From: Lama guanicoe
Taxonomy: Eukaryota
NCBI GenBank assembly: GCA_013239625.1
Contig: MU053379.1
Location: 2,524,866-2,588,865, forward strand
DNA: 64,000 bases
Reading direction: 5' to 3'
The notes under the pieces: model-generated
The model's database searches: none
Seen by the model: the letters and a program-made list of their open reading frames with translations, nothing else
Told to the model about the DNA's origin: nothing
Made by a program: the position numbers and the translations under genes
Part shown: piece by piece, positions 1 to 12,764 of the stretch
Layout of the letters: each line of letters starts with the position of its first letter
How positions within the stretch are numbered: position 1 is the first letter of the stretch

Positions 1-165
1 CTGCTCGTGATCATTAAGTAGTTAATTTCCATTTGGTGGTGGTTTTAGCCTCTGAAAAACTCAGGGCGTATATGTGAGATGCTATTACCTGGGTAGTTCA
101 GAGAGGAGCTGCAGCAGGGGACACGTCTGTCCCAGGAAGACCCCTATAGGGTCCTGCTCGGTTCC
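1..165 (-). mobile_element. ERV1-class LTR fragment (cut by window start)
   Basis: ...cagagaggagct...ccctatagggtcctgctcggttcca is typical of an artiodactyl ERV1 LTR end. Confidence 0.6.
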
Positions 166-169
166 AAAA

Positions 170-378
170 AGAGTGTAAAATGCCTCACTGACAAGTTTTA
201 TGTTGACTGCTTCTTAAAGGCTAATAAGTTGAATATGTTAGGTTAAGTAAAATGTATTAAAATTAATTTCACCAGTTTATCCTTGCTCCTTTCTTTATAT
301 GTCTACTAGAAAGTTTAAAACCACATATATGCTGAGCATTTGTGACTTGAATTATTTCCTATTAGACAGCATTGGTGT
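170..378. mobile_element. hAT-Charlie MITE (MER3/MER33-like)
   Basis: ttaaaattaatttcacc...ctactagaaagtttaaaaccacatat...tattagacagca. Confidence 0.65.
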
Positions 379-1639
379 AGAGCCTTAAGGCTTAAGATAT
401 TACCTACTCCAGGGGCATCTGCCACTGAAGTGATGAGTTTTACCATAAAGCCAAGGAATAACTAGTGAACTATAATATGTTTGATGGAAGAGAGAATTGA
501 GGAGCTAAATCAGCCCAGTAGCAAGCCATGTGCTCCTAAGGCTTGTCCTGTTTAGAATGTAAAGCCGGTGCTGTGGGATTAGGGGAGTCAGTCCGTGGGA
601 AGCGCCCACATTGCTGCCACCTGCGCTGTCGCTGTTGTTTTCTGGACTTTGGGGTTCGTGTTATTTGCCTTGGGGTAGTTTTCAGGCTGCTGAACCAAAC
701 TCATGATTCTTCTCTCACCATTTTATGCCTGGTAAACACTCCTTGTGAGCGTTCCCAAGGCACGTGCCACCCCGCCGGAGGGAAGACCAAGGCACATGGT
801 GTGCAAGGTGTCGCCTAAGGCCATGTATAAAACTGCTCAGAAAACGAGACACAGACAGCGCGCCTGTTGTCCGGGTCAGGTGCAGGCGCTGCCCTCAGCA
901 CTCAGCCACTTCACGTTTGCAGGAGCTCCAACGTTTGAGGATTTGCCCCTAAACACGAGGGTCTGAGCTGAACAGACCAATGTGTGGATGTCTGGAGCAG
1001 TTCTCATTACTGACCACTTAAGAAGTCTTCAGAAGTTTAGGGGCAGAGCTCTTTAAAAACTCAGAAGATTTAACCTGAAAGTCATGTTAGACTTACACTC
1101 CTGTGAGTTCTCCGCTCCCAGGTTTTCTGGATCCGGAAAGTGGTATCTGATTCTGATTCGGATTGTTGAACAAAACAAGCCACTGGATTCCTAACATGGT
1201 GCCTACCTTCCATCCTCCAGATTCATGAGAGTCTTTCCCTCGTGTTCCTTGAATAGAGCAGCAGCTGCTGACTCAAGAGGCTCGGGGGAAGGGTGATTGT
1301 CTGTCACTTGGCAGAGACACCCTGCGGACAAGGCCACTGAGTTAATAATCGATTTCATTCCCTCGCTCGCGCAACCCCACCTGTGGCCGGTAGTGAGGGC
1401 AGCGGGGAGGGCTGGATGCGCTGAAGTCGTTAAGATTCCTGTTTCCTTGAAAAATCCTGGGCTGGGAAGACAGAGAGCGGCTTGAACCCTGCCTGGGCAT
1501 CTCCTCACTTCAGATGTAAAATATCGTCCCCAGGAACCAGGCAGCTCGGTGCTGTGGCTGCCCCTCCACCCTCCTCCCGCCCCTGCTCTGCTCCGACAGC
1601 CCGATTGCTGACTCAGTCGCATCCTCTTTTCTTCCACAG

Positions 1640-1716
1640 CCTCTGAACACGCTGTTCATGCACCTCTTTGTGGCCGTGGATGAGTATTCTGTCGGCTGCT
1701 GCAAAGAGATTATTCG
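1640..1716 (+). CDS. CFAP61: CFAP61 internal coding exon (77 nt; PLNTLFMHLFVAVDEYSVGCCKEIIR)
   Basis: Pyrimidine tract ending ttccacAG, donor CG|GTGAGT. Peptide matches the remembered CFAP61/C20orf26 N-terminal region. Phase 0 to 2 fits the next exon. Confidence 0.95.
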
Positions 1717-2528
1717 GTGAGTGGCTGCAGCCTTGCAGACGGTGACACCTGGAGGGGGGTGAGCTGGCAGTCCCCCATAGACAAAAATGTGTGGATGTCT
1801 TTATCCCTGTGGAGGGTTAAAAAATATTTTTAAAGGATGTGAAATTCTTTGAGGTGTTCAATCTGCTTGTCACTTGCGGCTCTATTAAAGCATTTACTTT
1901 GAATAGCGTGTATTTCTGAAAGGAAGCCATCCTTCCTTTGAATGGACGCACCTTCCACACATGCCTCCAACTGCTATCGTTGGAGGAAAACAGGTCATTT
2001 TAAAGGAATGGATTTGGGGGAGTTAGGGAAAGATAAAGGGTTTAGGTGTTTCTAAAAATCATTTTCCCCAATCTTATCCTTAAAAATTTTACTGGCGTGA
2101 CAGACTGCAGGGGCCCCCTGAGTAACAGGGGGTGTGGAAACGTGACCCCTGGGGCCCCCGCGGGTGGACTGCGCAGACACTTGGGAAGAGTGGTGGCCTC
2201 AGCTTTCAGGTCGCTTTGTAATGTCACACCAGCCCATCAGGATGCCAGGTCAGAGGTTAATATCAGCTGAAATCTGGTGTGCCACGTGGCCTTGGCGTCC
2301 TCGAGTCTCACCAGCTCCGTGGAGCAGATAGAAAAGGGGCCGTTTGGGAGCAGAAGAAAAGCAGAGGAGAAAAAGGAACCATGGGGAAGATGTTGCTGCC
2401 TCTGCAGGCAGGGAGCCGGGGAGCCCGCTGGATGCACCAGCGCCTCCCTCCCACAGCGAAGGCGCCCGTCGCAGGTGCCTGCTGATGGGGCGGCTGTGTA
2501 CTGACCCCGTCCCTCTCTCTCTCTCCAG

Positions 2529-2596
2529 GACCGTGTTTAGGGAAGTGCCAGAGCTCCACTTCATCTTTCTCATTGTGCCGTCCTACATGAGCCTCG
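2529..2596 (+). CDS. CFAP61: CFAP61 coding exon (68 nt; TVFREVPELHFIFLIVPSYMSL)
   Basis: (CT)n-ccAG acceptor, G|GTAAGG donor, in frame with both neighbours. Confidence 0.95.
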
Positions 2597-2667
2597 GTAA
2601 GGCCCGCTCCACCGCCCCCCAGCCCCGGCCGCTATATGGGAAATTCATGCTTAAAGTGGGGCTTCTG

Positions 2668-2758
2668 GGGGGAGGGTAGAGCTCAGTGGTAGAGGGCATG
2701 CTAAGCATGCATGAGGTCCTGGGTTCAGTCCCCAGCACCTCCATTAAAAAAAAGAAAA
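2668..2758 (+). mobile_element. Vic-1-type camelid tRNA-derived SINE
   Basis: ggggagggtagagctcagtggtagag (A box), gggttcagtcccc (B box), A tail. Flanked by the direct repeat aaa(g)tggggcttctggg. Confidence 0.85.
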
Positions 2759-2940
2759 TCTCCCTCAAATGGGGCTTCTGGGAATGGGACGTGAGCATGG
2801 TCTCCAGGTTCCAAATGGATGATATGCCATTTGATGATCAGAATTACAGCACACTTCCGAGTGGAAAGCGCGTTGGCTCTGAGGTCCTCAAGTTACTCCT
2901 CGGTAAAGCGAGGCCACGTTCCTTCTTGTCTGTGATTTAG

Positions 2941-3067
2941 GCTCGACGCTCATAACTGTGTTTGAGCAAGTGGGGAACGCGCCGAGCCTGCTGTGTGACG
3001 AGGACTTCACGGTGCACGTGTGTCACAGGCACAGCCACCACCCTCAGCTGCACATTCGCGAAGCCAG
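2941..3067 (+). CDS. CFAP61: CFAP61 coding exon (127 nt; GSTLITVFEQVGNAPSLLCDEDFTVHVCHRHSHHPQLHIREAR)
   Basis: gtgatttAG acceptor, AG|GTAAGG donor, frame continuous, peptide resembles CFAP61. Confidence 0.93.
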
Positions 3068-4464
3068 GTAAGGCTGGGGCCCTGCCTCTGTTACCTGGGC
3101 GTCGCCGCCGACGCTCGCCCTACAGACAGCTTGTAAGTTGCCAGCTCACGCTGAAAGTGATTATGGCTCAGGTAGATGGTTTCACAGCCCCCCACTGCCC
3201 CCCGGCATTGCTTCGTTTGGAGTTGTTTCCAGTTCCCCTTGAGGACATCGCCTTCAGGGCTGGCTGATGAGACTGGCTTGGTGCTGTGTGGTCCGCGGAG
3301 CTGCGGGCTTCTACCTGAAGGTCTCTGAAATCACGCACCGCAGTCACTTTCAAATGAAACAAACGTAACAACAAATCTGCCTATTTAGTTTCCACAGTAA
3401 AGCCCACCTACTTTCTGGCTTTCGGTAAATGAGTCTGTTGACTCCAAAGAGGAGTTTTCCAAGCTGAAGCTCTTACCATCAAAAGTCCACGTACATGCCT
3501 TGAAGTTCAGCGATCTTAGGGCCATGGCTGTGGCAGGCCCTGTTTTCCAGCAAAGGCCAGCTTCCGTCCTGCATGCTCTCCTGTGGTGTGGAGGGGTGGG
3601 ATCTGTGTCCTCCTCCATGGATCTGGACGGATTGTGACTGCTTCAGCCCACGTGGCACAGTGGAAGGATGCTCTGTGACGTGGGAGGCTAGGAGGCTTCT
3701 GCCTGGTTCTGGGATGCTCACCATGGAAGAAATGAGGGGGAGAAGGCTGACTGCCCGGAGACCACTGTGCTGGAGATCTGGCCGTGTGGACATGCAGCCA
3801 GGACGAGCCGCCCCCAACCCTATATCTGCAACCCAGCTGACGTCTGACCGCAGCTGCCCAAGAGGACCCGAGCCGTGTCCGGCTGCATCCTCCCGGATCT
3901 CTGATGCACAAAATTCTGAGCAAACTAGAATGGCTGCTCTGAAATAAGCGTGCGTATGAGAGCGTCTCAGAAGGGCAGTTACTTGACTTTGTCAGTGGAG
4001 ACTAAGTTGTATCTTTGGGGTTAACCGTTGCCATATTTGATGAGTCTGGGGTTTTTTTTAGAAAGGACTGAATCTAAATTTTTAAAAAGTGAGAGCTTAA
4101 TGTTTACCAGGCGTCATTGTTAGGAGTCTGCAACGATGACGTCAGGTCGGTCTGGATCCTGCTCCTGGTCCCACTGCTCACCGGAGGGGTCAGCTCAGAG
4201 CAGGACCAGACCTCTGCGGCCTTCGTGTCCCCTCTATCAGCGGTGTAAGCGTGCTGTCTGCTGCGTGGGACTGGTGTCCTGATTGGATGAGCTGACGGGA
4301 ACCAAGCACTTGGCATGTCTCAGGTCACGTGTCAGTGACCAAGGAAATTAAATGCTACTCTTAATATTAGAGTTGAGCAGGGGAAAGAGACACCTAGAGT
4401 AGACTGTATGCTGTGTAGCTTGGAGAGGGAAGGACAGAGAGGGATGAAGACAGGGTCATACAAC

Positions 4465-4878
4465 CCCCCACCCCCCACAAATCTAAATGCCCATCAGCAA
4501 GTCCATGTGGACAGACCGCGGTGCGTCCGCACAATGGACACCACTCAGCAGTGAAACGGAATGAACTCCGTGTCCAGACTCAGACAGTTTATGCCGAACG
4601 GAAGAAGACGGACACAGGAAGAGAGAGCAGGTGCTGCTGCCTTGACTTTGACGCTGTGCAGAACAGCCAGGGCTAACCTGCAGCGGGAGAGGGCAGGGCG
4701 GGGGCTGTGTCTGGTGGAGGGGAGCAGTGGTCGTGGGAGGGGCCCTGGGGAGTCCGGGAGTGACAGTGCTCTGTTTGTTGACTTGGGTGTATGCAGTTGT
4801 CAAAACTCACCCAACTGCACTCTTAAATTCCATGCATTTTACACTGCTATCATACCTCAGTGAAAAAAAAATTTTAAA
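4465..4878 (+). mobile_element. Old L1 3' end fragment (L1MB/L1ME-like)
   Basis: ctaaatgcccatcagcaa...tgtcaaaactcacccaactgcactcttaaa...atacctcagtgaaaaa. Confidence 0.6.
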
Positions 4879-4879
4879 A

Positions 4880-5450
4880 GAGGCTTCACAGAGAAGGTAG
4901 CCTTTGAACCTGGTCAGGAAGGATGAGTCAGAGCTCAGCCCGAGAGACAGAACAGATGAAAGCATGGAGGCGGGAAAGCGCCTGGAATGTCTGTCACCAG
5001 GCAGGTGGGCAGGCGTGAGGAAGAGCCGACCCCAGAGAGCAGACGCAGAACTGTTTCAACTTGAAACCAGCAGGGAGCCCTGAAGAGGACAGACATGGTC
5101 TGGGGTGCATGTTAACAAATTACTGATTTTCATGTGATCGGTGGCCTGGAGGGGAGGAGCACAGAGCAGTCGGCGGAGAACGATGCCGGCTGAGATCCTG
5201 ACAGTGACAAGGAGATCCAGGTTGGGGACTGGATCAGGACAGGTGCAGAGATGCAAAGAAAAGTTTGAGAGGGAAAGTTCAGTTTGGTTGCCAGTTGGAT
5301 GGAGATGTTGAAGGACGAGAATGAGTTCGTAATGACGCAGGGTTTTCAAGTTCGGGGGATGATGGATTCATTGACTGAAAGCAGAAACAATAGTGTTAGA
5401 TGGGCAGGAGAGAGTTTGGAAGTACAAGTCCTCATGAGTGAGGAGATCAT
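4880..5450 (-). mobile_element. L2 LINE relic
   Basis: Purine-rich diverged sequence with L2-like motifs (ggcttcacagagaaggtagcctttgaacc, ggatgagt). Confidence 0.45.
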
Positions 5451-6930
5451 GAGAATAAAGGAGACGATCTTGCTGAGGAGGAGATTTTAAAGGGATAAAG
5501 CAGAGGATGAGCACAGAGTTTGGAAAGATGAAAATGAGCCGTTAGTGATAATAAACTTGGAAGGGAGGGAGAGAAGTGTTGCAGAAGCCAAGGACTCAAA
5601 GTGGCAAACGATTGTGGGAAAATCGAGTAATATGAATGCAAAAAAAGGCAGCCTTGGATTTGGAAACTTAAAAAGACACAGATGAGATGAATAAAATAGA
5701 TGAACTATTTGCCAAGCTGACCAAGAGAAAAAAAGAGAGAAGACGTATTTCCAAATCAGGACTGAAAGGGGTGGTATCACTGCAGACACAGCAGTCCCCA
5801 CCGTCCAAGTTTCACATCCTGCCCACACTTTAAGAAAACACAGAGCTTCGAGGCTGGTGAGCGCGCGGAGGTCTGGGGAGAGCGGTGGGCCTGAGAGGAC
5901 CCGGGACCTCTGAGCACTTGCCCACGCCTTGCCCTGTGCCTCAGTCCCATCTGACTGCTCCTGAGCTGCATCTTTCTGTAGTAAACTGGTGATCTAGTGA
6001 GTAAAAAAAGAAAAGACTTGGAAATGTGCCTCCCTTCTCTGGAACCGTTCACTCCCCCTCCCCCTCCCCCAGAGACCTGTCTACTCGACATGCACACGTT
6101 TAATTATCCATCTGGATAATCTCTGAACTGGAAATGGGGTCGGTTGAGGCTGGAGGCTGGGGGAGACCTTTCTTCACCCGATTTTCTTTAATGGCTATAG
6201 AATTATTCAAGTCGTTATTATTTTTAATGTGAGTTTTGGTAATTTGTGTTTTTCAAGGAGTTGGCCCGTTCTGTCTAAACTGTTGCATGTACGGAGTTGG
6301 AGTCGTCCCTCATCCTTTGAGGGAGCGGCAGGGTTTTCTGTAGGATCCACAGTGATTTTCCTGAGGAACTTTAAATGAGTCAGCTATTTATTTCCCTTTA
6401 AAAAAAGTAAGTGGCGTCCTTGCACGTTTCCTCACTGATGCCCCACGTGACATTTCGGGATGGAGGTCGCCGGAGAAAAGGCATAGAATGTGCCAGCCCA
6501 GCGCTGGCTCCTAGAAGTGCGTAGTAGCTGGCGGTTATGCGCTGGTCTCCCCCGTTCCCTCCTTCCATCCTCCCTTCCTTCCTTCCCCTTGCTTCCCTTG
6601 CGCCTTGAAAACTTCAGTGTTATGAACTCATCCTGGCCTGAACTAAACCTCACGATTCCTTTCCCCGAGGTCTTGCTACTCAGCCTCTGAGGGTCCTGAT
6701 TGTCCAGGAAATCTGCAAGAAGCAAATCCCGAGAGGAATACGGTCCTTCCAGGTGGCAAAGAGATGACAGCGGGCACTTTGCGATGAGGAAGGGCTGTTT
6801 ATGGAATGACAGTTTTCTGTATAGCAGTGAAATACAGAGGGAGTGATGACATTATGAGAATTGATGCTTTTGCTTGCAGAAGGGGAAGGGTGACACATTT
6901 AAAAAATTAAAAAATTAAAAGAATTTTTTT

Positions 6931-7072
6931 AGGGGGGGAGGGTATAGCTCAAGTGACAGAGCACGTGCTTAGCACGCACGAGGTCCTGGGTTCAAGCCCC
7001 ACTACATCTTCAATAAATAAACAAGCAAACCTAATTACCTCCCCCAGGAGAAAAACAAACAAGAATTTTTTT
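6931..7072 (+). mobile_element. Vic-1-type SINE inserted into the tail of an antisense SINE remnant
   Basis: A and B boxes, taaataaacaagcaaacctaattacctcccc tail, TSD aagaattttttt on both sides. Followed by a reverse-oriented SINE 3' fragment at about 7073-7130. Confidence 0.8.
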
Positions 7073-7920
7073 GGGGGGATAATTAAGGTTATTAATTAAT
7101 TGATTAATTAAACAGGGACACTGGGGTGGTCTTTCTGAGGGGGGCACCTGCCTTTTTCAAGTCCTTGGGGGCTGGGAGAGGACTCACCAAGGAAAGGACG
7201 TGTGCTACCAGTCAGTGTTGTGAAGTAATTTCAGATTTCCTTAATAGAAGACCACTGTTTTGCTAATAACAAAAATTAACTAAATTAGGTCAACATTACT
7301 GCTATTTAAAATAGATGAAAAAATTTAGGACTTTGAAACATAAGATTGGAGGTTTTGATTTTTATTTATTTTTTAAATTTTGATTTAATTTAATGTATTG
7401 TGGTAAGAACATTTAATGAGAGATCTACTCTGAAGTGTGCCGTACACTACTGTTGACTGCAGGTACAGTGTGACACAGCAGATCTCTTTGGTGGTTTTTA
7501 AATGCTAACGTCTCACCCTTTAAAGCAGTTATTTTTATTAAGCGTGTGATAGTCTCATGTTTTCTAGGAATCCACTTAAGTTTGACTTCTGAACCATATT
7601 ATATAAATGAACCTTCTGATGCTTAAATTGTAAATATCCTAAAGCGTTCAAAAAGAAGTTGGAGAGCACCTAGGAATTTCGCTGTGGTCTTCTTGAGTCG
7701 TGACAGGTGCCCCAGCAAACAGAACATGGTTCACGGTCCAGCTGGAGCGAGCGTGTGCCGACGTGCACTTTTGGGTCAGATCCCGGCGGTGTAAACGGCA
7801 GGGGCCGCTCATTGGCCTTGCATGTGCTTGAGGTCATTTAGAGTTGCCATCCTCTGTAACGTGTGAGTGGCGTTTTCCAATGAATAGAGGCTAAACGGGT
7901 TCCAAAACCTATTAAAGTAA

Positions 7921-8178
7921 TTTTTACTTAAAAAAGTTGTAGTCCACTTAGAGTTTCAGGTGTACGGCACAGTTGAGGTGTCACCTCACACAGGTCAGAA
8001 TGGCCATCATCAAAAAGTCTACACATCATAAATGCTGGAGAGGGTGTGGAGACAGGGGGCCCTCCGCTGCTGGCGGGGGTGCACATTGCTGCAGCCACTA
8101 TGGAGGACAGTGCGGAGGTTCCTTGAAAACCTGAAAACAGAGTCACCACATGATCCAGCAATCCCGCTCCTGGACATT
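7921..8178. mobile_element. Short L1 insertion with inversion (antisense 3' tip plus sense ORF2 C-terminal fragment)
   Basis: T tract and gtttcaggtgtacggcac (minus-strand 3' end) joined to cacctcacacaggtcagaatggccatcatcaaaaagtctaca...gatccagcaatcccgctcctggacat (plus strand). Confidence 0.7.
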
Positions 8179-10196
8179 TTAAAGTTGTGAATGGAATATA
8201 TGATTTAGAAATGATGAATTTGATTTTCTTAAAGACCACAAGAGGTCACAAGAGATCTTAGGAAGAAAGAAAAGTGCTTTGTTTTACACATTTGAATAAA
8301 AAGAAAAATCTAGTTGGGCGCTCCCTGTAGGTTCTCCAACTCCAAGTGAAACTAAACGAGGTAAAGATTGGTTTAAGCAAAATACTCTGCTTTCTTCAGC
8401 ACTAGCGCTAAATTAGATTCTCTGAATTTTTTCTTTATTCATTGATTTCTTAAAGCATATGCACGCATATACACACTCACTGAGGCTTGAAGAAATATGA
8501 TATTTATGGTGTTTAAAGTGACATCAGAATCACTTTCCAACGGTAGATTTTTAAGTCTAGCTAATGAAATGCAAATTCTGTCTGTCTGTGGACCAGACCA
8601 TCAGTCTGGCCGAGCCAGCATTCCGAGCACACCAGTGGGCTGCGGCCGTGGCTTACGGCCCTGAGCATGAACTTTCCACCTGTGCCATCGCGGTAATTTC
8701 TCTGCCGCCACCTCCTGCAGCCGGGGGAGCCGCTTGTAGGGTCCCCTCTAGGATGTGCTGCTGCAGAGGGTGGTGAGGATGCGGGGGTGTCCACCTGCCC
8801 CCAAGAGATGGTGCCTGCCGGCTGGGCAAGTGCGTGGGGCCGGCATCTCCTCGCTCCTTGAAGGCCTCACTGCTGATGCGGTGGAGGTGCTGTGTGAGTT
8901 TGTCCTTCCATCCCCCAACCTCCTAGGAAGCCAGCGGCAGCCACCGGGTCGCTGGCATCCTTCGCCTCACCTTCTCCTGGGTTTAGAGGACGCCCAGGCA
9001 CCAGGAGGGGTGGCCTGAGAGGCTACTGGTTTTCTTCAGCTTTGGATTCCATCTTGCTTTTAGCTGGCACATTTTTCAGGGTCTGATGGACGTTCAGGGG
9101 CCCGAGGGACCAGATAGCTCCTATGGGATAGACCTTTCTTTTCCTCCAAACAAGTTAACATCAAGTATTCTGTAACCAATCACGTCACACCCACGTGGTC
9201 GCCCCCCAGGCCACGAGCTGGATGGCAGCTGTAAAGGAGGGTCGCTCTTCACTTGGAGGGTGCCGTCGCCCCGTTGTACTTTGTGTCAACCGCCCTAACC
9301 TTCCGGAGTCCTCACGCCCCAGACTCAGGGGGTCCCAGAGGTGCCACCCCCGAGGCACGTGGCTCTGCTGTGCCCAGCGGACCCACAGGAAGTCGTGGCT
9401 CCCCCCGATCCGAGTGGCCGGCGGTGCTCACACTTAAACATTCTACTGGATGCGTGTAGCCGGGGTGTCTTGTTTGCGTGGGGCTGGACTTTGTCACGTG
9501 CCGTCTGAGACCGTAAGGCGGGTGCCACACTTGGTCATTAGCACCGGGGCTGATGCGAGATCGTCGATTGTTGATGACCCCGAGGGGTGCGTTTAGCAGC
9601 ACAAGCTCCTCTTTGTCCGTCTCGGGGGAGGAAGGGACCCTTCAGGACCCCACGGTGTGGATGTGGGAAGAGTTAGTGCTGAGGTGCGATGCTGCGTCAT
9701 TCTGTTCACGGGCTGCCGAGGGCTCCTGGCGGGGCCGAGGGCGCGGGTCTCTGAGCCTTTGTGCCTGATTTTTGTCCCATGAAGTGGTATTTTTGTGTCT
9801 GTCATACAGAGACAAGCCCAGGGCGCACAGCTGACGTGGGGATTCTCTACATGACAACTGTTTTGATCCACTTTAAATGATTAGGAAATTGAATTATTTC
9901 CACGTTATTTAAAATAATTCTCTCTAATAAGTACTGACGTGGACTTTTCCTTTTGGCAAGGTATTTGAAAATGGACTTGTTGGCTGTGTTCTCCTAGAAT
10001 GTTTTTCTTTTCTTTTCTTTTTTTTAAATCTGTTTAATCAGAGACGCTTTACAGAGAATGGCCACCCCTATTAGCAGCACCCCCTTGTGGGTGGTTTTGT
10101 GGGGAGATGCGTGGCTCCCGGAGTGCAGTGGGGCGTTCTCAGCCCCTCCAGCCACGGTGCCGGCTCTCAGTGGAGCCGGTGGGCCGGGGCTTCCGG

Positions 10197-10333
10197 GGCA
10201 TGTATCCAGAAATAACTCTTAATTTGAAAAGATACATACGCCCCAGTGTTCATAGCAACACTATTTACAATAGTCAAGATATGGAAGCAACCTAAATGTC
10301 CATTGGCAAATGAATAGATAGAGAAGATGTGTT

Positions 10334-10370
<37 letters not shown>

Positions 10371-10842
10371 GGACTACTACTCAGCCATTAAAAAGAATGA
10401 AATAATGCCATTTGCGGCAACATGGATGGACCTGGAAATTATCATAGTACATGAAGTGAGTCAGACAAAGAAAGACAAACATAATTTGGTATCACTTGTA
10501 TGTGGAATCTAAAAAGTGATACAAATGAACTTAATTACAAAACAGAAATAGACTCAGAGACATAGAAAACAAACTATGGTTATCACAGGGGAAGGGGGAT
10601 GAGGGATAAATTAGGAGTTTGGGATTAACAGACACATGCTACTATATATAAAATAGCTAAACAACAATGTCCTACTGTACAGCACAGGGAACTAGATTCA
10701 GTATCTGGTAATAACCTATAATGGAAAAGAATATGAAAAGGAATATATATATATATATATGTAATTAAATCACTATGCTGTACACCAGAAACTAACACAA
10801 CATTGTAAATCAACTCTACTTCAATTTAAAGACAAAGATAAA
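10197..10842 (+). mobile_element. 5'-truncated cetartiodactyl L1 (3' UTR)
   Basis: aaaaagaatgaaataatgccatttgcggcaacatggatggacct...ggagtttgggatt...ctgtacaccagaaactaacacaacattgtaaatcaact. Contains (CA)n at about 10338-10368. Confidence 0.9.
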
Positions 10843-11032
10843 ATAGAATGATAATGAGGACATAGTAATGGAATAAAGGGGTGGGAGATAAAGGTTAGTA
10901 GTGAAATCAGTCACACTACCAAAAAATGTTACAAATATGGACTGTTTTAACAAGAAAAGTACCAGAAAAAAAGTGTAAGAACATCCTAGGCAGGTAGAAT
11001 AGAATACTCGATTTCATCAAGAACGTACCAAA

Positions 11033-11073
11033 GTAAAACGATTATAAATCAATAAAAAATGTTAAAAAAAAAA
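11033..11073 (+). mobile_element. Ultra-short L1 3' tip with perfect 14-bp TSD
   Basis: gtaaaacgattataaatcaataaaaaatgtt(A)n between aagaacgtaccaaa at 11019-11032 and 11074-11087. Confidence 0.8.
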
Positions 11074-11806
11074 AAGAACGTACCAAAAAGAAGAAGGGAG
11101 TGTTAACTATGGCAGCAGCATGGAGACCACTGGCCAGAATCCCCACTCATGGTGGTCATGGAGGTCACCGTAAACCTGGGAAGGAGGTTTGAGGAGATGT
11201 GCCCAGGATGGTGAGCAGAGCTCTGTCACCTTCAAACCAGCATCTCCCCCTCCCCTGGACGTCTAGAGATGGCTCAGGAATAAAGGGTACCACAGGCCCA
11301 TGTTGGCAAAATACGTAAGCAAAGTTAAATATTCTGTATGGTAGTAATTCTCAGAATCTTGTCACCTAACTGTTTTTAGACAGTGGATTTCTTCCAAGGG
11401 CAGGAGCAATGTCATAGAAGTGGTTTCCTTGGAATGCACATGGGAGATGCTGTGGACACCTCCCTGCCCTTTGGCTCATGGTTCTGCCCTGCATCCCACA
11501 CCCAGATGTGCGTGTCGCCTCTGCCTGGAACGTCCTCCCTCCGGTCCCGACGTAGCTTCCTCCTCGCCTCTGTCCATTCCCTCCCTGACTGCTTGGCCCA
11601 GTCACCCTCCATCCCAAAGCACTTACTGCTATTCTAAATGTTTGAGGTGGCTTCTTTGTTACATTTTTGGTGTCTGTTCCCCTATGTAGAATGTAAGTTC
11701 ATTTCCTGTTCCTGGCATTTAGAACAGAGTCCCGTACAGGGTGGGCACACCACCGAAGGAGCAAATGAAGGAACCAGCTGTGAATTTAAGCCTTTCCGTT
11801 ACACAG

Positions 11807-11939
11807 GGTGGAAGACCACGACGACCTCATGCCAGTATTTCTGCGCCACGACACGGTCCTGAGGGAGACCTACGGCGAATACTTCCTGGGTGAGCTCATA
11901 GAGGCCGGAGACGAAGAGAACCACGCGGTCGTGTGCGAG
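11807..11939 (+). CDS. CFAP61: CFAP61 coding exon (133 nt; VEDHDDLMPVFLRHDTVLRETYGEYFLGELIEAGDEENHAVVCE)
   Basis: cctttccgttacacAG acceptor, GAG|GTGTGT donor. Strongly conserved CFAP61 peptide at the start of ORF 11808..12140. Confidence 0.95.
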
Positions 11940-12284
11940 GTGTGTGCGAGCCCCCGAGGGGTGTGGGGAGTGAGCAGCGTCGCCTCCCCTGCCGTGCCCT
12001 CCTGCGCGGTGTGCCATCCCCCGCCTCCCAGTGTCCCTGCTTTAGGGTTGGGGAGGCCCTTCCCGATGCCAGTCTTAACAGGCTCGAGCTTGCGCTGGAC
12101 GCGGCTGACTCCGAGTTCTTGGAAAGCAGCAGGCACCTGACCGTCCAGGCTCCGTACCTCTTAGAGCACGTGCTGGTTTTTGCAGCAGTGATTAGAGCGA
12201 GCTTGATCAGTGACAGTGGGCTAGGGGTGGGATGGATTTAACCGATGACCACCCTCAGTTTCAGGAGGTGAATTATGTCTCAGA

Positions 12285-12402
12285 AAAACTCCTGGCGCCA
12301 GGATGCACTCGGTCGAAATCATCCTGCTGGGGTGGGAGACATCAGTGTTTTTCAAGAGCTCCCCATGTGATTCCAGCGCGCCGTCCAGGTGCTGAAACGC
12401 TT
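12285..12402. mobile_element. MER5A-like hAT-Charlie relic
   Basis: ggggtgggagacatcagtgtttttcaagagctccccatgtgattcca. Confidence 0.55.
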
Positions 12403-12764
12403 ATCTACGTGATGGGGAACATCCCTGGTGCAGAACAGGGCGAATTTAGATATTTACGGTCAGTACTTTCTTCAGCTGAGAACTGGCCCTAAAAACTGGA
12501 TCTGGATGTCCTTTCCCATGATAGGTATTTCTTCTACACTGAAAGTTTTTATTCTTATTTTTTTCGTATTTAGGTCTTGGCATCGTCTTTTAAGGGCTTG
12601 CTTTCATGTATTGCCATTTGACTTCTAGCTCCAGACTAGTGATAGAAAGAAGGGTGAGGGGTATTTGGGCTCAGCAGCGCCATTTTGAAAAACTGTGTCT
12701 TTACACGATGAGACAAAAACTGCTGATAATTAAAACGATTCTTACAGACCCCAATGAGGATTTT

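Noticed and set aside
2668..2745. tRNA gene calls for A/B-box elements (also 6931, 28056, 29416, 49370, 50312, 50885)
   Set aside because: A-rich tails, TSDs and multiple diverged copies identify them as tRNA-derived SINEs.
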